Source: Clostridia bacterium (GTDB taxonomy: Bacteria > Bacillota > Clostridia > TANB77 > CAG-508). From it: a stretch of DNA of 64,000 nt. Both the position numbers and the translations under genes were made by a program. The number at the start of each line of letters is the position of its first letter. Position 1 is the first letter of the stretch. Of this stretch, positions 34,943-44,821 are shown one piece after another. The notes below the pieces were generated by a model that worked only from the letters and a program-made list of their open reading frames with translations, searched no databases and was not told where the DNA came from. The stretch spans positions 70,412 through 134,411 of the forward strand of contig JAZUKV010000010.1 of the NCBI GenBank assembly GCA_045643465.1, written 5' to 3'.

Positions 34943-36703
34943 ATGAATAATACATATAGAACTCATACATGTGGAGAATTAAATATAAATAATATAAATC
35001 AAGAAGTAAGATTATCAGGATGGGTACAAAGAATTAGAAATTTAGGAGCAATGAAATTTATTGATTTAAGAGATCAATATGGAATTACTCAAATTGTTAT
35101 ATCAGATGAAGAAAAATTCAAATCAGAACTTGAACAAATAGTTACAGAATGTGTTATTCAAGTAAATGGTACAGTAGTTGAAAGGTCAAATAAAAATGAC
35201 AAAATTCCAACAGGTGAAATTGAAATTGATGCAAGCGAAATAAAAATATTAGGAAAATGTAAATCTACACTTCCTTTTGAGGTAAATTCAGAAAAAGCTG
35301 ATATAAATGCTGTTAGAGAAGATTTGAGATTAGAATATAGATTTTTAGATTTAAGAAATGAAAGAATACACAATATTTTATTACTTCGTTCACAAGTGAT
35401 GCAAACATTAAGAGCAAAATTATGTGAGCTAGGATTTTCTGAAATACAAACTCCTATTTTGGCAAACTCATCACCAGAAGGAGCTAGAGATTATTTAGTG
35501 CCAAGTAGATTGCACGAAGGAGAATTTTATGCTCTTCCACAAGCACCACAACAATTCAAACAATTATTAATGGTTTCAGGATTTGATAAATATTTCCAGA
35601 TAGCTCCATGTTTTAGAGATGAAGATCCTAGAGCAGATAGAGCACCTGGAGAATTTTATCAAGTAGATTTTGAAATGAGTTTTGCAGAGCAAGAAGATGT
35701 ATTTAACGTTCTTCATGAATTATTTATACCAACATTCAAAAAATTCACAACATGGAAGGTAGATGATGGTCCATTTATACAAATTCCATATAAAGAAGCT
35801 ATGGAAAAATACGGTATAGATAAACCAGATTTAAGAAATCCATTAATAATTCAAGATGCAACTAAATATTTTGAAGGAACAGAATTCAATGCTTTCAAAG
35901 ATAAAACAATAAAAGCAATAGTTGTACCAAATGGTGCAGAGCAAGGAAGAAAATTCTTTGATAATATGACAGAATTTGCTGTAGAAGAAGCAGGTGCTAA
36001 AGGATTAGCATGGGCAAAATTCGATAATGAATTAAATGCAACAGGTGGAATATCTAAGTTCATCACAGATGAAGTAAAAGCAGGATTAAAAGAAAATCTT
36101 GGAATAAAATCAAATGATGCAATATTCTTTATAGCAGATGAATTTAAAGTAGCTCAAAAAATAGCTGGTTTAGTAAGAATCGAGTTAGGAAAGAGATTAG
36201 ATTTATTAGAAAAGGATGTATACAAATTCTGTTTAATAACAGAATTCCCAATGTATGAATTATCAGAAGAAGGAACAATAGACTTCAATCATAATCCGTT
36301 TTCTATGCCAAAAGGTGGAATGGAAGCATTAATAAACCAAGATCCATTAGATATAGTAGCATATCAATTTGATGTTGTATGCAACGGATTTGAAATGGCA
36401 TCAGGTGCTGTAAGAAACCATAATCCAGAAATAATGGTCAAGGCTTTTGAAATAGCAGGATACAATGAAAAAGATGTAGAAACACGTTTTGGAGCATTAT
36501 ACAAAGCATTCCAATATGGAACACCACCACATGCAGGAGCAGCTCCAGGATTAGACAGAATGATAATGCTAATCGCAGATTCACAGAATATTAGAGAAGT
36601 AATAGCATTTCCAAAAAACAAAAAAGCAAGAGATGTATTAATGAATGCACCATCAAAAGTTACAGAAGAGCAATTAAACGATGTTCATATAAAATTAAAA
36701 TAG
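34943..36703 (+). CDS. aspS: aspartate--tRNA ligase
   Basis: SD ggagag lies before the ATG at 34943 (MNNTYRTHTCGEL). Motifs FRDEDPRADRAPGEFYQVDFEMSF, GGMEA..., and GTPPHAGAAPGLDRMIM are present. Confidence 0.95.
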   Translation: MNNTYRTHTCGELNINNINQEVRLSGWVQRIRNLGAMKFIDLRDQYGITQIVISDEEKFKSELEQIVTECVIQVNGTVVERSNKNDKIPTGEIEIDASEIKILGKCKSTLPFEVNSEKADINAVREDLRLEYRFLDLRNERIHNILLLRSQVMQTLRAKLCELGFSEIQTPILANSSPEGARDYLVPSRLHEGEFYALPQAPQQFKQLLMVSGFDKYFQIAPCFRDEDPRADRAPGEFYQVDFEMSFAEQEDVFNVLHELFIPTFKKFTTWKVDDGPFIQIPYKEAMEKYGIDKPDLRNPLIIQDATKYFEGTEFNAFKDKTIKAIVVPNGAEQGRKFFDNMTEFAVEEAGAKGLAWAKFDNELNATGGISKFITDEVKAGLKENLGIKSNDAIFFIADEFKVAQKIAGLVRIELGKRLDLLEKDVYKFCLITEFPMYELSEEGTIDFNHNPFSMPKGGMEALINQDPLDIVAYQFDVVCNGFEMASGAVRNHNPEIMVKAFEIAGYNEKDVETRFGALYKAFQYGTPPHAGAAPGLDRMIMLIADSQNIREVIAFPKNKKARDVLMNAPSKVTEEQLNDVHIKLK

Positions 36704-36704
36704 T

Positions 36705-36733
36705 GTGGAATTGGGGACGGTTCTAATTTCCAC
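36705..36733 (+). repeat. REP-like 29-nt unit, copy E (reference unit)
   Basis: GTGGAATTGGGGACGGTTCTAATTTCCAC. The terminal arms GTGGAA/TTCCAC are self-complementary. Confidence 0.9.
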
Positions 36734-36748
36734 AAAATAGGAAAAAAT

Positions 36749-36783
36749 GACAGATATGCGATGTGGCATATCTGTCTTTTTTT
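36749..36783 (+). terminator. aspS intrinsic terminator, nested between the two REP copies
   Basis: gacagatatgc/gcatatctgtc stem followed by T7. Confidence 0.85.
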
Positions 36784-36790
36784 ATAAAAA

Positions 36791-36819
36791 GTGGAAATTA
36801 GAACCGTCCCCAATTCCAC
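36791..36819 (-). repeat. REP-like 29-nt unit, copy F (exact reverse complement of copy E)
   Basis: GTGGAAATTAGAACCGTCCCCAATTCCAC equals the reverse complement of 36705-36733 at 29 of 29 positions. Confidence 0.95.
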
Positions 36820-36883
36820 TGTTGACCGCATATGAGTATTGTGGTAAAATATTCATATTGTAATTTGCAAAGGGGTGATCATT

Positions 36884-37105
36884 ATGTTTTATAAAAAAAT
36901 AATAATGGAAAAGGTTGAAAAAATATATCAAATATTAAATGAATTACAATGTAATGAAATTGAACTATTTTTAAGTATTCAAAGAAATCAAAATGTACTA
37001 ATAAAAAAAATAAATAAATTGGAAGAATATAATGAAATTGATGATATGTCAAAAGCACTAATGGATAAGAGATTATTGGAAATTAAACAAATGATAAAAA
37101 GTTAG
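36884..37105 (+). CDS. small hypothetical coiled-coil protein
   Basis: SD aaagggg lies before the ATG at 36884. A terminator follows at 37111-37139. Confidence 0.5.
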   Translation: MFYKKIIMEKVEKIYQILNELQCNEIELFLSIQRNQNVLIKKINKLEEYNEIDDMSKALMDKRLLEIKQMIKS

Positions 37106-37110
37106 AAAAA

Positions 37111-37139
37111 TCGCAGGTTTTTAATACCTGCGACTTTTT
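37111..37139 (+). terminator. intrinsic terminator
   Basis: tcgcaggt/acctgcga stem followed by cttttt. Confidence 0.75.
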
Positions 37140-37211
37140 CATAAATACTTGAAAATTAAATTAATTTGTGATATAACATGCAATGAAAGAATAGGGGTAA
37201 ATTTAAATAAT

Positions 37212-38237
37212 ATGAAAAATATAAAAGATTACAATTTAGATGAATTGCAGAACGAATTGATAAACTTAGATGAAAAAAAATTCAGGGCAGAGCAAATTTT
37301 CAAATGGTTATATGTCGACAAAGTAAAAAATTTTGACGAAATGACAAATCTATCTTTAGAATTAAGAAATAAATTAAAAGAAAATTATAGTATCTGCAAT
37401 TATAATATTTTAAAAAAACAAGAATCTTCAGATGGTACAAAGAAATATTTGTTTGATGTATTAGATGGTAATGCAATTGAAACAGTTTTAATGCAATATC
37501 ATCACGGAAAAACAGTATGTGTATCATCTCAAATAGGATGTAAAATGGGATGCAAATTTTGCGCTTCAACCGGTATAGCTTTTGTTAGAAATCTAACTGC
37601 TGGTGAAATTGTAGAGCAAATATTAGCTGTAGAGCAAGATATAAATGATAAAATATCAAATATCGTATTTATGGGAATTGGAGAGCCATTAGATAATTAT
37701 GATAATGTTATAAAAGCAATTAAAATTTTGAATAACCCAAAAGGCTTGAATATAGGTACTAGACATATAAGTGTGTCAACAAGTGGTTTAGTTCCTAGAA
37801 TATATGATTTGGCTAATGAGAATATTCAATGTACATTATCTATTTCATTACATGCAACTACTGATGAAAAAAGAAGTAGTATGATGCCTGTTAATAATAG
37901 ATATAATATAGCAGAGCTAATGAAAGCTTGCAAAGATTATATAAAAATTACAAATAAAAGAATATCGTTTGAATATGCTTTAGCTAAAGATAATAATGAC
38001 AACTTAGATGATGCTAAACAATTAGTAAAATTATTAAAAGGAATGCTTTGCCACGTAAATTTAATACCAATAAATAAAATTGATAATGGCAATTATTCAA
38101 AAAGTACAAATGAAAACATCTTAAAATTTAGAGATTATTTAAATGACAATGGTATTGTAGCAACAATAAGAAGAGAGTTAGGTTCAGATATCGATGCAGC
38201 ATGCGGACAACTTCGCAGAAAAAATTTAAAAAAATAA
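37212..38237 (+). CDS. rlmN: 23S rRNA (adenine2503-C2)/tRNA methyltransferase RlmN (radical SAM)
   Basis: FRAEQIFKWLY, the radical-SAM cluster CKMGCKFCAS, GIGEPLDN and the C-terminal AACGQL are present. Start taken at 37212 (MKNIKDYNLDEL). Confidence 0.93.
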   Translation: MKNIKDYNLDELQNELINLDEKKFRAEQIFKWLYVDKVKNFDEMTNLSLELRNKLKENYSICNYNILKKQESSDGTKKYLFDVLDGNAIETVLMQYHHGKTVCVSSQIGCKMGCKFCASTGIAFVRNLTAGEIVEQILAVEQDINDKISNIVFMGIGEPLDNYDNVIKAIKILNNPKGLNIGTRHISVSTSGLVPRIYDLANENIQCTLSISLHATTDEKRSSMMPVNNRYNIAELMKACKDYIKITNKRISFEYALAKDNNDNLDDAKQLVKLLKGMLCHVNLIPINKIDNGNYSKSTNENILKFRDYLNDNGIVATIRRELGSDIDAACGQLRRKNLKK

Positions 38238-38295
38238 TTTTTAAGAATTGAATACTACAAACTTAAGAACAAGAAATCGATAATTAGGAGGTTTT

Positions 38296-39021
38296 ATGAA
38301 AGCTTTTGCAACATCAGATGTAGGTAAAGTAAGAGAAATGAATCAAGATAGTTACCATATATCTGATCAAAATGATGATGTAAAATTATTTATAATAGCA
38401 GATGGAATGGGGGGATACAAAGGAGGTGAAATAGCAAGTAGACTTGCTATAGAGGCATCAAAAAAATATATTCTTAATAATTTTGATGGAGTAAAAAAAG
38501 ATAAAGAGCTAGTATTAGATTTATTGAAAAATGCAATAGAATATGCGAATATGGTTATATATGAAAAATCTAAAGAAAACGAAGAGCTAAGTGGAATGGG
38601 AACAACAATTGACATATGTTTAATATATATGAATAGAGTATATATAGGTCATGTTGGTGATAGCCGAGTATATAGAATAAGAAAAGAATTTTTCAGAAAA
38701 TTAACAAAAGACCATAGTTATGTAGAGCAATTGGTAGATCAAGGTAATATAACAAGAGAGGAAGCGTATAATCACCCTAAAAAGAATATGTTAACAAAGG
38801 CATTAGGATGTACAGCTTTCGTTGAACCAGATGTAATGGTAAAAGGTTTTGTAAAAGATGATATTATATTGATGTGTACAGATGGTTTAACAAATATGAT
38901 AAGAGATAATAAAATATGTGAAATTATCAAAGAAAATCCTGAAGGAGCAACTAAAAAATTAGTGGAAGAAGCAAATAAAAATGGTGGATTAGATAATATT
39001 ACAGCTGTAATCATATTATAA
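38296..39021 (+). CDS. stp: PP2C-family Ser/Thr phosphatase (Stp/PrpC)
   Basis: NQDS, ADGMGG, GMGTT, DGLTN and DNITAV motifs are present, in the conserved position before prkC. Confidence 0.92.
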   Translation: MKAFATSDVGKVREMNQDSYHISDQNDDVKLFIIADGMGGYKGGEIASRLAIEASKKYILNNFDGVKKDKELVLDLLKNAIEYANMVIYEKSKENEELSGMGTTIDICLIYMNRVYIGHVGDSRVYRIRKEFFRKLTKDHSYVEQLVDQGNITREEAYNHPKKNMLTKALGCTAFVEPDVMVKGFVKDDIILMCTDGLTNMIRDNKICEIIKENPEGATKKLVEEANKNGGLDNITAVIIL

Positions 39022-39034
39022 GGAGAGGGAGAAT

Positions 39035-41005
39035 ATGAATTTAGAAGGTAGTGTTATAGGAAATAGGTATGAAATAATTGAAAAAATTGGAAGTGGCGGA
39101 ATGGCTACAGTTTATAAAGCTTTAGACAAAATTCTTAACAGATATGTTGCAGTAAAAGTATTAAGAGATGAGTTTACTACAGATGAAGAATTTATTAAAC
39201 GTTTTAATGCTGAAGCGCAATCTGCTGCAAGGCTTACACATCCAAATATAGTTTCTGTATTTGATGTTGGGCAAGAATATAATGTTTATTATATAGTTAT
39301 GGAATTAATTCAAGGAAAAACTTTGAAAGAGATAATAGAAGAAGATGGTTTTTTATCTTGGAAATGGGCAATTAATATTGCTATTCAAATAGCGTCAGCT
39401 TTAGAAATGGCACATAAAAATAGTATAATTCACAGAGATATTAAGCCTCATAATATAATGATAACAGAAGACGGTGTTGCAAAAGTCACAGATTTTGGAA
39501 TAGCAAAAGCTGTTTCGAATTCAACAATAACAGCTTTTGGTACTACTTTAGGATCAGTACACTATTTTTCACCAGAGCATGCTAGAGGTGGGTATACTGA
39601 TTCAAAATCTGATATATATTCTTTAGGTGTTGTAATGTATGAAATGGTTACTGGAAAAGTACCTTTTGATGCAGATACTCCAGTTTCAGTAGCATTAAAA
39701 CATATGCAAGAAGAGCCTGTAGAGCCAAGAAAAGTAAATCAAAATGTACCAATGGCTATAAATCAAATAATAATGAAAGCAATGAAAAAAGATCCAAATG
39801 ATAGATATCAAAATGCTTCAGAGATGATTAATGATTTAAATATGGCTTTAAAAAGACCAGAGGGAGGATTTGTTGACCAACTTACTGAAGAAAATGATGG
39901 ATTAACAAAAAGAATTCCAACTATTGATGCTGGAATAAAAACTAACAATACTAGAACAGCTCCAAAAGAAGATGAGAAAACGGGATTTTTCCAAGAGCAT
40001 AAAAAGATAATAGTATCAGGAATTATAATAGTTTCATTTATAGCGGTATTTATAATTACATTACTTATAACTTTAGGAATAGCAAATTCTTCTTCACCAA
40101 AAGATGTGCAGATACCAAATGTTGTTGGTTTAACTAGAGAAGAAGCAAAATCTGCAATTGAAAATTCTAAATTAGTGTTTAATACTGATGTAAAAGAAAT
40201 ATATAGTGCAGATGTTCCTGAAGGATGTGTTATTTCTCAAGATCCACAATATATAAATAATTATTCTATAAAAGAAGGAAGCACAGTAAGTATTGTAGTT
40301 AGTAAAGGTATAGAAACAGTAAAAATGCCAAAGGTTGTAGGTGAAAAGTTTGAAGATGCTGAAAAGATGTTAACTGAACTTGGAATAAAAATTGAGAAAG
40401 TTGAAGAAATAAGTCAAACTATTGAAGAAGGGTATGTAACAAGCCAAGAAACCAAAGAAACTACAGATGTAGAGGTTGGAACGGTTGTAAAAATCCATGT
40501 AAGTAAAGGTAATGGTAAGAAGAAATTCAAAGTAGCATATGTAATAGGTAAAAATGTGGAGGATGCGAAAAAAGAATTAACAGAGCTTGGTATGGAAGTT
40601 AATATTAAAGAAAAAGAAGATATGTCACAAAGTGAGGGCATTGTATTAGAGCAAAGTATACCAGAAGAAACTGATGCACAAGAAGGAGATAAGATTACTT
40701 TAACAGTTAATAAAATAAAAGCAAATGTTGAAGGTACTATAAACATAAATGTTAAGTCTTTAGTAGAAAAATATGCATCAGATGATGAAGAAGGTTCATC
40801 AAACAAGAATGTTACTATAAAAATAGTTGTAGGAAATGATAAAATTTATGAAAAAACTATTCCAAAAACAACAGAAAAAATCAACCAAACATTTGAAGGT
40901 AAAGGTGTTGTAACAATAAAAGTATATATTAATGGTATAAAAGCTAATGGAAAAGATTATACATTAGACTTAAATGGTGAAAATAAAGCAATAACAATTA
41001 GTTAA
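39035..41005 (+). CDS. prkC: Ser/Thr protein kinase with PASTA repeats (PrkC)
   Basis: Hanks kinase motifs are present (GSGGMATVYKA, HRDIKPHN, DFGIAK). A TM helix is followed by three PASTA-like repeats (VPNVVGLTREEAK, MPKVVGEKFEDAE, VIGKNVEDAKKEL). Confidence 0.93.
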   Translation: MNLEGSVIGNRYEIIEKIGSGGMATVYKALDKILNRYVAVKVLRDEFTTDEEFIKRFNAEAQSAARLTHPNIVSVFDVGQEYNVYYIVMELIQGKTLKEIIEEDGFLSWKWAINIAIQIASALEMAHKNSIIHRDIKPHNIMITEDGVAKVTDFGIAKAVSNSTITAFGTTLGSVHYFSPEHARGGYTDSKSDIYSLGVVMYEMVTGKVPFDADTPVSVALKHMQEEPVEPRKVNQNVPMAINQIIMKAMKKDPNDRYQNASEMINDLNMALKRPEGGFVDQLTEENDGLTKRIPTIDAGIKTNNTRTAPKEDEKTGFFQEHKKIIVSGIIIVSFIAVFIITLLITLGIANSSSPKDVQIPNVVGLTREEAKSAIENSKLVFNTDVKEIYSADVPEGCVISQDPQYINNYSIKEGSTVSIVVSKGIETVKMPKVVGEKFEDAEKMLTELGIKIEKVEEISQTIEEGYVTSQETKETTDVEVGTVVKIHVSKGNGKKKFKVAYVIGKNVEDAKKELTELGMEVNIKEKEDMSQSEGIVLEQSIPEETDAQEGDKITLTVNKIKANVEGTININVKSLVEKYASDDEEGSSNKNVTIKIVVGNDKIYEKTIPKTTEKINQTFEGKGVVTIKVYINGIKANGKDYTLDLNGENKAITIS

Positions 41006-41024
41006 TATAAATTAAGTAAATAAG

Positions 41025-41048
41025 AGCGAAGAGCGAATCTTCGCTTTT
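41025..41048 (+). terminator. weak terminator hairpin after prkC
   Basis: agcgaaga/tcttcgct stem followed by a short T-run. Confidence 0.5.
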
Positions 41049-41073
41049 ATTAATAAAATCTTGGAGGTAAATT

Positions 41074-41967
41074 TTGCAAAACGATGGAATTATAATAAGT
41101 AATGTATCAAACATGTATTTGGTAGAAAATTTTAAGAATAATGAAATTATAAAATGTAATGCAAGAGGAAAGTTCAAAGATCAAGGGATTAATCCTGCAG
41201 TAGGAGATAAGGTTAGTTTTGAAATTGTTGATAGAGAAAAGTCTGAAGGGGTTATATGCGAAATTTTTCGAAGGAATAATTTTATTAAAAGACCTAAAAT
41301 AGCAAATCTAACACAAATTATTTTTGTTATTTCAATGAAAAAACCAAAGCCAGACTTATTAATGTTAGATAAACAACTAGCTTTTGCAGAGCTAAATAAT
41401 ATAAATCCAATTATTTGTTTAAATAAAATAGATTTAGAAGATGAGGCATATATAGAACATATTGAAAAGATATATTCAAATATAGGATATAAAGTATTAA
41501 AAACAAATGCAAATGAGAAAATAGGTACAGATCAAATAAAGGAAGTTTTAAAAGGAAATATTACAGCCTTTTCTGGAAATTCTGGAGTAGGAAAATCAAC
41601 ATTAATAAATGCGATATTTGATACAGAAATTACAAAACAAGGAAATATTAGTATTAAAAACCAAAGAGGTAAAAATACAACTACTAGTACGTATTTGTAT
41701 AAAATAGATGAAAATACATATATAGCAGATACTCCAGGGTTTTCAACATTTGAGATAAACGAAATATCAACAGATGATTTGTATAAATATTTTAAGGAAT
41801 TTTTAGAGCCTACTAAAGAATGTGAATTTGTTGGATGTACACATATAAAAGAAGAATTATGCGGGGTAAAAAAAGCCGTAGAGCTAGGAAAAATTTCAGA
41901 AGAAAGATATAATAGATTTTGTAAAATATATTTAGAATTAAAAGAGCAGGAGGCACACAAATGGTAG
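41074..41967 (+). CDS. rsgA: ribosome small-subunit-dependent GTPase A
   Basis: TTG start after GGAGGT. Circularly permuted GTPase motifs are present (CLNKIDL, GNSGVGKSTLIN, DTPGF), with a zinc knuckle C..C.H....C. Confidence 0.9.
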   Translation: MQNDGIIISNVSNMYLVENFKNNEIIKCNARGKFKDQGINPAVGDKVSFEIVDREKSEGVICEIFRRNNFIKRPKIANLTQIIFVISMKKPKPDLLMLDKQLAFAELNNINPIICLNKIDLEDEAYIEHIEKIYSNIGYKVLKTNANEKIGTDQIKEVLKGNITAFSGNSGVGKSTLINAIFDTEITKQGNISIKNQRGKNTTTSTYLYKIDENTYIADTPGFSTFEINEISTDDLYKYFKEFLEPTKECEFVGCTHIKEELCGVKKAVELGKISEERYNRFCKIYLELKEQEAHKW

Positions 41968-42620
41968 AAATATCAACATCAGTATTAACTGTAGAAAAAG
42001 ATAAAATAGTTAGAGCAATTTATGATTTAGAAGTTGCAAAAACAAATTATTTTCACATTGATGTAATGGATGGAAAATTTGTAGAGAGCTTTACTAATGA
42101 AGTTATGGAAGAGTATAGTGGATATATTAAATCAATTTCAACACTACCGTTAGATGTTCATTTAATGGTAAAAGATGTAAAAAAATATATTGATATATAT
42201 TTGAATTACGAACCCAATATAATAACTTTTCATATTGAAGCTGTGAAGGATCAAAATGAAGCAATCGAATTAATTAATTATATTAAAGCAAATAATTGTA
42301 AAGTTGGGATTGCTATTAATCCAGATACAAAAATTGAAAAAATATATAATTTATTAGATAAAGTGCATATGGCTCTTGTAATGACTGTTGTTCCCGGAAA
42401 AGGAGGACAAGATTTAATAGAATCAACAATTGAAAAAATTGAGATCTTAAAAAATTATATTAATCAAAATAATATTGATATAGATATTGAAGCTGATGGT
42501 GGTATAAAACTTGAGAATATAGAAAAGATAAAAGATGCTGGTGCAAATATAATTGTTTCAGGAACAGGAATTATTAAATCAGAGAATTATTCAGAAGTTA
42601 TTTCAAATATGAAACTATAA
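41961..42620 (+). CDS. rpe: ribulose-phosphate 3-epimerase
   Basis: HIDVMDGKFV, LDVHLMV, VMTVVPGKGGQ and the C-terminal VSGTGI are present. It overlaps the rsgA stop by 7 nt. Confidence 0.92.
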   Translation: MVEISTSVLTVEKDKIVRAIYDLEVAKTNYFHIDVMDGKFVESFTNEVMEEYSGYIKSISTLPLDVHLMVKDVKKYIDIYLNYEPNIITFHIEAVKDQNEAIELINYIKANNCKVGIAINPDTKIEKIYNLLDKVHMALVMTVVPGKGGQDLIESTIEKIEILKNYINQNNIDIDIEADGGIKLENIEKIKDAGANIIVSGTGIIKSENYSEVISNMKL

Positions 42621-42624
42621 AATA

Positions 42625-42657
42625 AAAAGTTCCCAAAATGTTTTTTGGGGACTTTTT
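42625..42657. terminator. bidirectional terminator between rpe and the minus-strand gene
   Basis: aaaagttcccaaaa/ttttggggactttt. Confidence 0.75.
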
Positions 42658-43211
42658 TACTTTTCGGACTTTTTCTCATAATTTTTTGTAAGTGTATCTA
42701 ATAAAGCTGGATAAATAATTTCAGCATTGTTTTTCCAATTGTCTACAATTTTTTTTGCTTCATCTCGAGATCCTGCGAAAGTTTTAATTTCAAATACAGT
42801 TTCATTATTTTCCATTATTTTACAAACCACAGTATAATGATCTTCATTTAATGGTGTAAATTCTGCAATTATAGAATGTTCATTTTCAATATTTTCTAAT
42901 ATAGATTTCAAATTGGTATCAGCTTTTAATTTTATAATACCAGGAAGAATATCTAATGTTAAATCTAAAGTAGTTTTACCATGAGAAGTTAATTCATAAA
43001 CTGTTTGATCTTCTTTAGGATAACTTATAATAAAATCTGCAGATATTAAGTCTAATAAAAATTGTTGAAAGTAAAAATAATTCATATCTATAGCAGATAA
43101 TACTAATTTATAAAGATTGTCATTAGTAATGGGTTTATGAACTTGATTTAATATATATAAAATTAAAACCTTATTTTCTGCTAATGTTTCATTGTCTGAT
43201 GTAATTTTCAA
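42657..43211 (-). CDS. DUF4364-family protein (putative transcriptional regulator of Clostridia)
   Basis: The sequence ...SDNETLAENKVLILYILNQVHKPITNDNLYKLVL...NYFYFQQFLLDL matches my memory of DUF4364. The probable TTG start at 43211 lies 8 nt after SD aagggg. The ORF-track N-terminal 28 aa look non-coding. Confidence 0.65.
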   Translation of the reverse strand: MKITSDNETLAENKVLILYILNQVHKPITNDNLYKLVLSAIDMNYFYFQQFLLDLISADFIISYPKEDQTVYELTSHGKTTLDLTLDILPGIIKLKADTNLKSILENIENEHSIIAEFTPLNEDHYTVVCKIMENNETVFEIKTFAGSRDEAKKIVDNWKNNAEIIYPALLDTLTKNYEKKSEK

Positions 43212-43359
43212 AATTTCCAACCCCTTATCAAAAAAATATGTTATAATGTAGACATTATAGCATAGTAATTCAAAAAATAAAAGAGAAATTTTCAAATTAG
43301 AATGAGTATAATATATGAAAAAAATCTAATTGAAAATAAAAAAGGAAGGAAGTAAAAAT

Positions 43360-44019
43360 ATGAGAATTAGATATAAAGCATGGGCAAGACCAGAGCTTGA
43401 AGCAAGTGATTTTTATATAGATAACCCAGAAGATTATAAAGGAAAATGGAATACTTTATATAAAAAACAAAATCCAATACATTTAGAGCTAGGATGTGGT
43501 AAAGGAAATTTTATTTCAAAATTAGCAGTTCAAAATGAAGATATAAATTATATAGCAATAGATTTAGTTGACGCTATGTTAGGTTTAGCTAAAAGAAATA
43601 TTGAAGATACATATCATGAAGCAGAAAAAGAAATTGATAATGTTTATATTACAAGATATGATATAGAGCGCATTTTGAATATATTGGATAAAGAAGATAA
43701 TATAGAGCGCATTTATATAAATTTCTGTAATCCATGGCCAAGAGGAAAGCACAGAAAAAAAAGATTAACACATACAAGACAGCTAGAAAAATATAAAGAG
43801 TTCTTAAAAGAAAATGGAGAAATTTACTTTAAAACAGATGATGATGGATTATTTTTAGATAGTTTAAAATATTTTGAAGAAAGTGGTTTTAAAATAATTG
43901 ACAAAACTTATGATTTGGAAAGTAAGCCAGATTTTTGGAATAATATAATGACTGAACATGAAAAAATGTTTATGGATCAAGGCATAAAAATCAAAGCTTT
44001 AAAAGCACAAAAAATGTAA
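43360..44019 (+). CDS. trmB: tRNA (guanine46-N7)-methyltransferase
   Basis: Start at 43360 (MRIRYKAWA). LELGCGKGNF, FCNPWPRGKHRKKRL are present. Confidence 0.92.
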   Translation: MRIRYKAWARPELEASDFYIDNPEDYKGKWNTLYKKQNPIHLELGCGKGNFISKLAVQNEDINYIAIDLVDAMLGLAKRNIEDTYHEAEKEIDNVYITRYDIERILNILDKEDNIERIYINFCNPWPRGKHRKKRLTHTRQLEKYKEFLKENGEIYFKTDDDGLFLDSLKYFEESGFKIIDKTYDLESKPDFWNNIMTEHEKMFMDQGIKIKALKAQKM

Positions 44020-44134
44020 AAATTGGTCAAATTTAAAAGTGAAAATTTGATGAATTCTATTGCAAATGGTAGTAATTATTGTTATTATATACATGAAAAA
44101 ATATTTTAATATATTTTTGACCAAGGAGATAAAA

Positions 44135-44821
44135 ATGATAGAGTTTAGGAATGTAAGTAAAACATATGGTACTGGTACAGAAGCAGTGCATAATGCTAAT
44201 TTTAAAATAGAAAAAGGAGAGTTCGCATTTTTGGTTGGATCTTCAGGTTCAGGAAAATCAACTCTTATAAAAATGATATTAAAAGAAGAAAATCCAACAT
44301 CTGGAAACATAATAATAAATGGAAAAGATACTACGTTTATTAAATCAAGAAAAGTTCCTTTTTTGCGTAGAAGTATGGGAGTAGTTTTTCAAGATTTCAG
44401 GCTATTACCAGATAAAACAGTTTATGAGAATGTAGCTTTTGCTATGTATATAGTTAAAGCAACTCCAAAACACATAAGAAGACAAGTTCCAATGGTACTT
44501 TCACTAGTTGGGTTGAGCGGAAAAGCTAAAATGTATCCAAATGAGTTATCAGGTGGAGAGCAACAAAGAGTTGCATTAGCAAGAGCACTAGTTAATAATC
44601 CTTCAATGCTTATTGCAGATGAACCAACAGGAAATCTAGACCCAGATACAGCATGGGAAATCATGAATTTATTAAATAGTATAAATTTAAGAGGAACAAC
44701 AGTTGTTGTTGCAACTCATGCTAAAGATATTGTTGATAAAATGAAAAAACGTGTAATACAAATAGATAAAGGTATTATAGTTAGAGATGATAAAAAAGGT
44801 GGGTATGATAGTGAATTATAA
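44135..44821 (+). CDS. ftsE: cell-division ATP-binding protein FtsE
   Basis: SD aaggag lies before the ATG at 44135 (MIEFRNVSKTY). Walker A is GSSGSGKST, the signature is LSGGEQQRVALARA, and Walker B is LIADEPTGNLD. Confidence 0.93.
   Translation: MIEFRNVSKTYGTGTEAVHNANFKIEKGEFAFLVGSSGSGKSTLIKMILKEENPTSGNIIINGKDTTFIKSRKVPFLRRSMGVVFQDFRLLPDKTVYENVAFAMYIVKATPKHIRRQVPMVLSLVGLSGKAKMYPNELSGGEQQRVALARALVNNPSMLIADEPTGNLDPDTAWEIMNLLNSINLRGTTVVVATHAKDIVDKMKKRVIQIDKGIIVRDDKKGGYDSEL

Noticed and set aside
36884-37105. Spo0E-like aspartyl-phosphate phosphatase
   Set aside because: Size and helical character fit, but the diagnostic SQELD-type motif is not present (only MSKALMDKR). The gene is kept as hypothetical.
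40414-40806. Long antisense ORFs inside prkC (40414-40806), rsgA (41532-41960), recG (59664-60131, 60234-60662), the P-loop gene (22671-23015), the Cmk-PlsC fusion (24309-24635) and many shorter ones in the ORF track
   Set aside because: They lie entirely within well-supported sense genes. They have Ser/Phe/Ile/Leu-rich low-complexity translations, typical of the complement of GAA/AAA/GAT-rich coding sequence in AT-rich genomes. They lack SD sequences.
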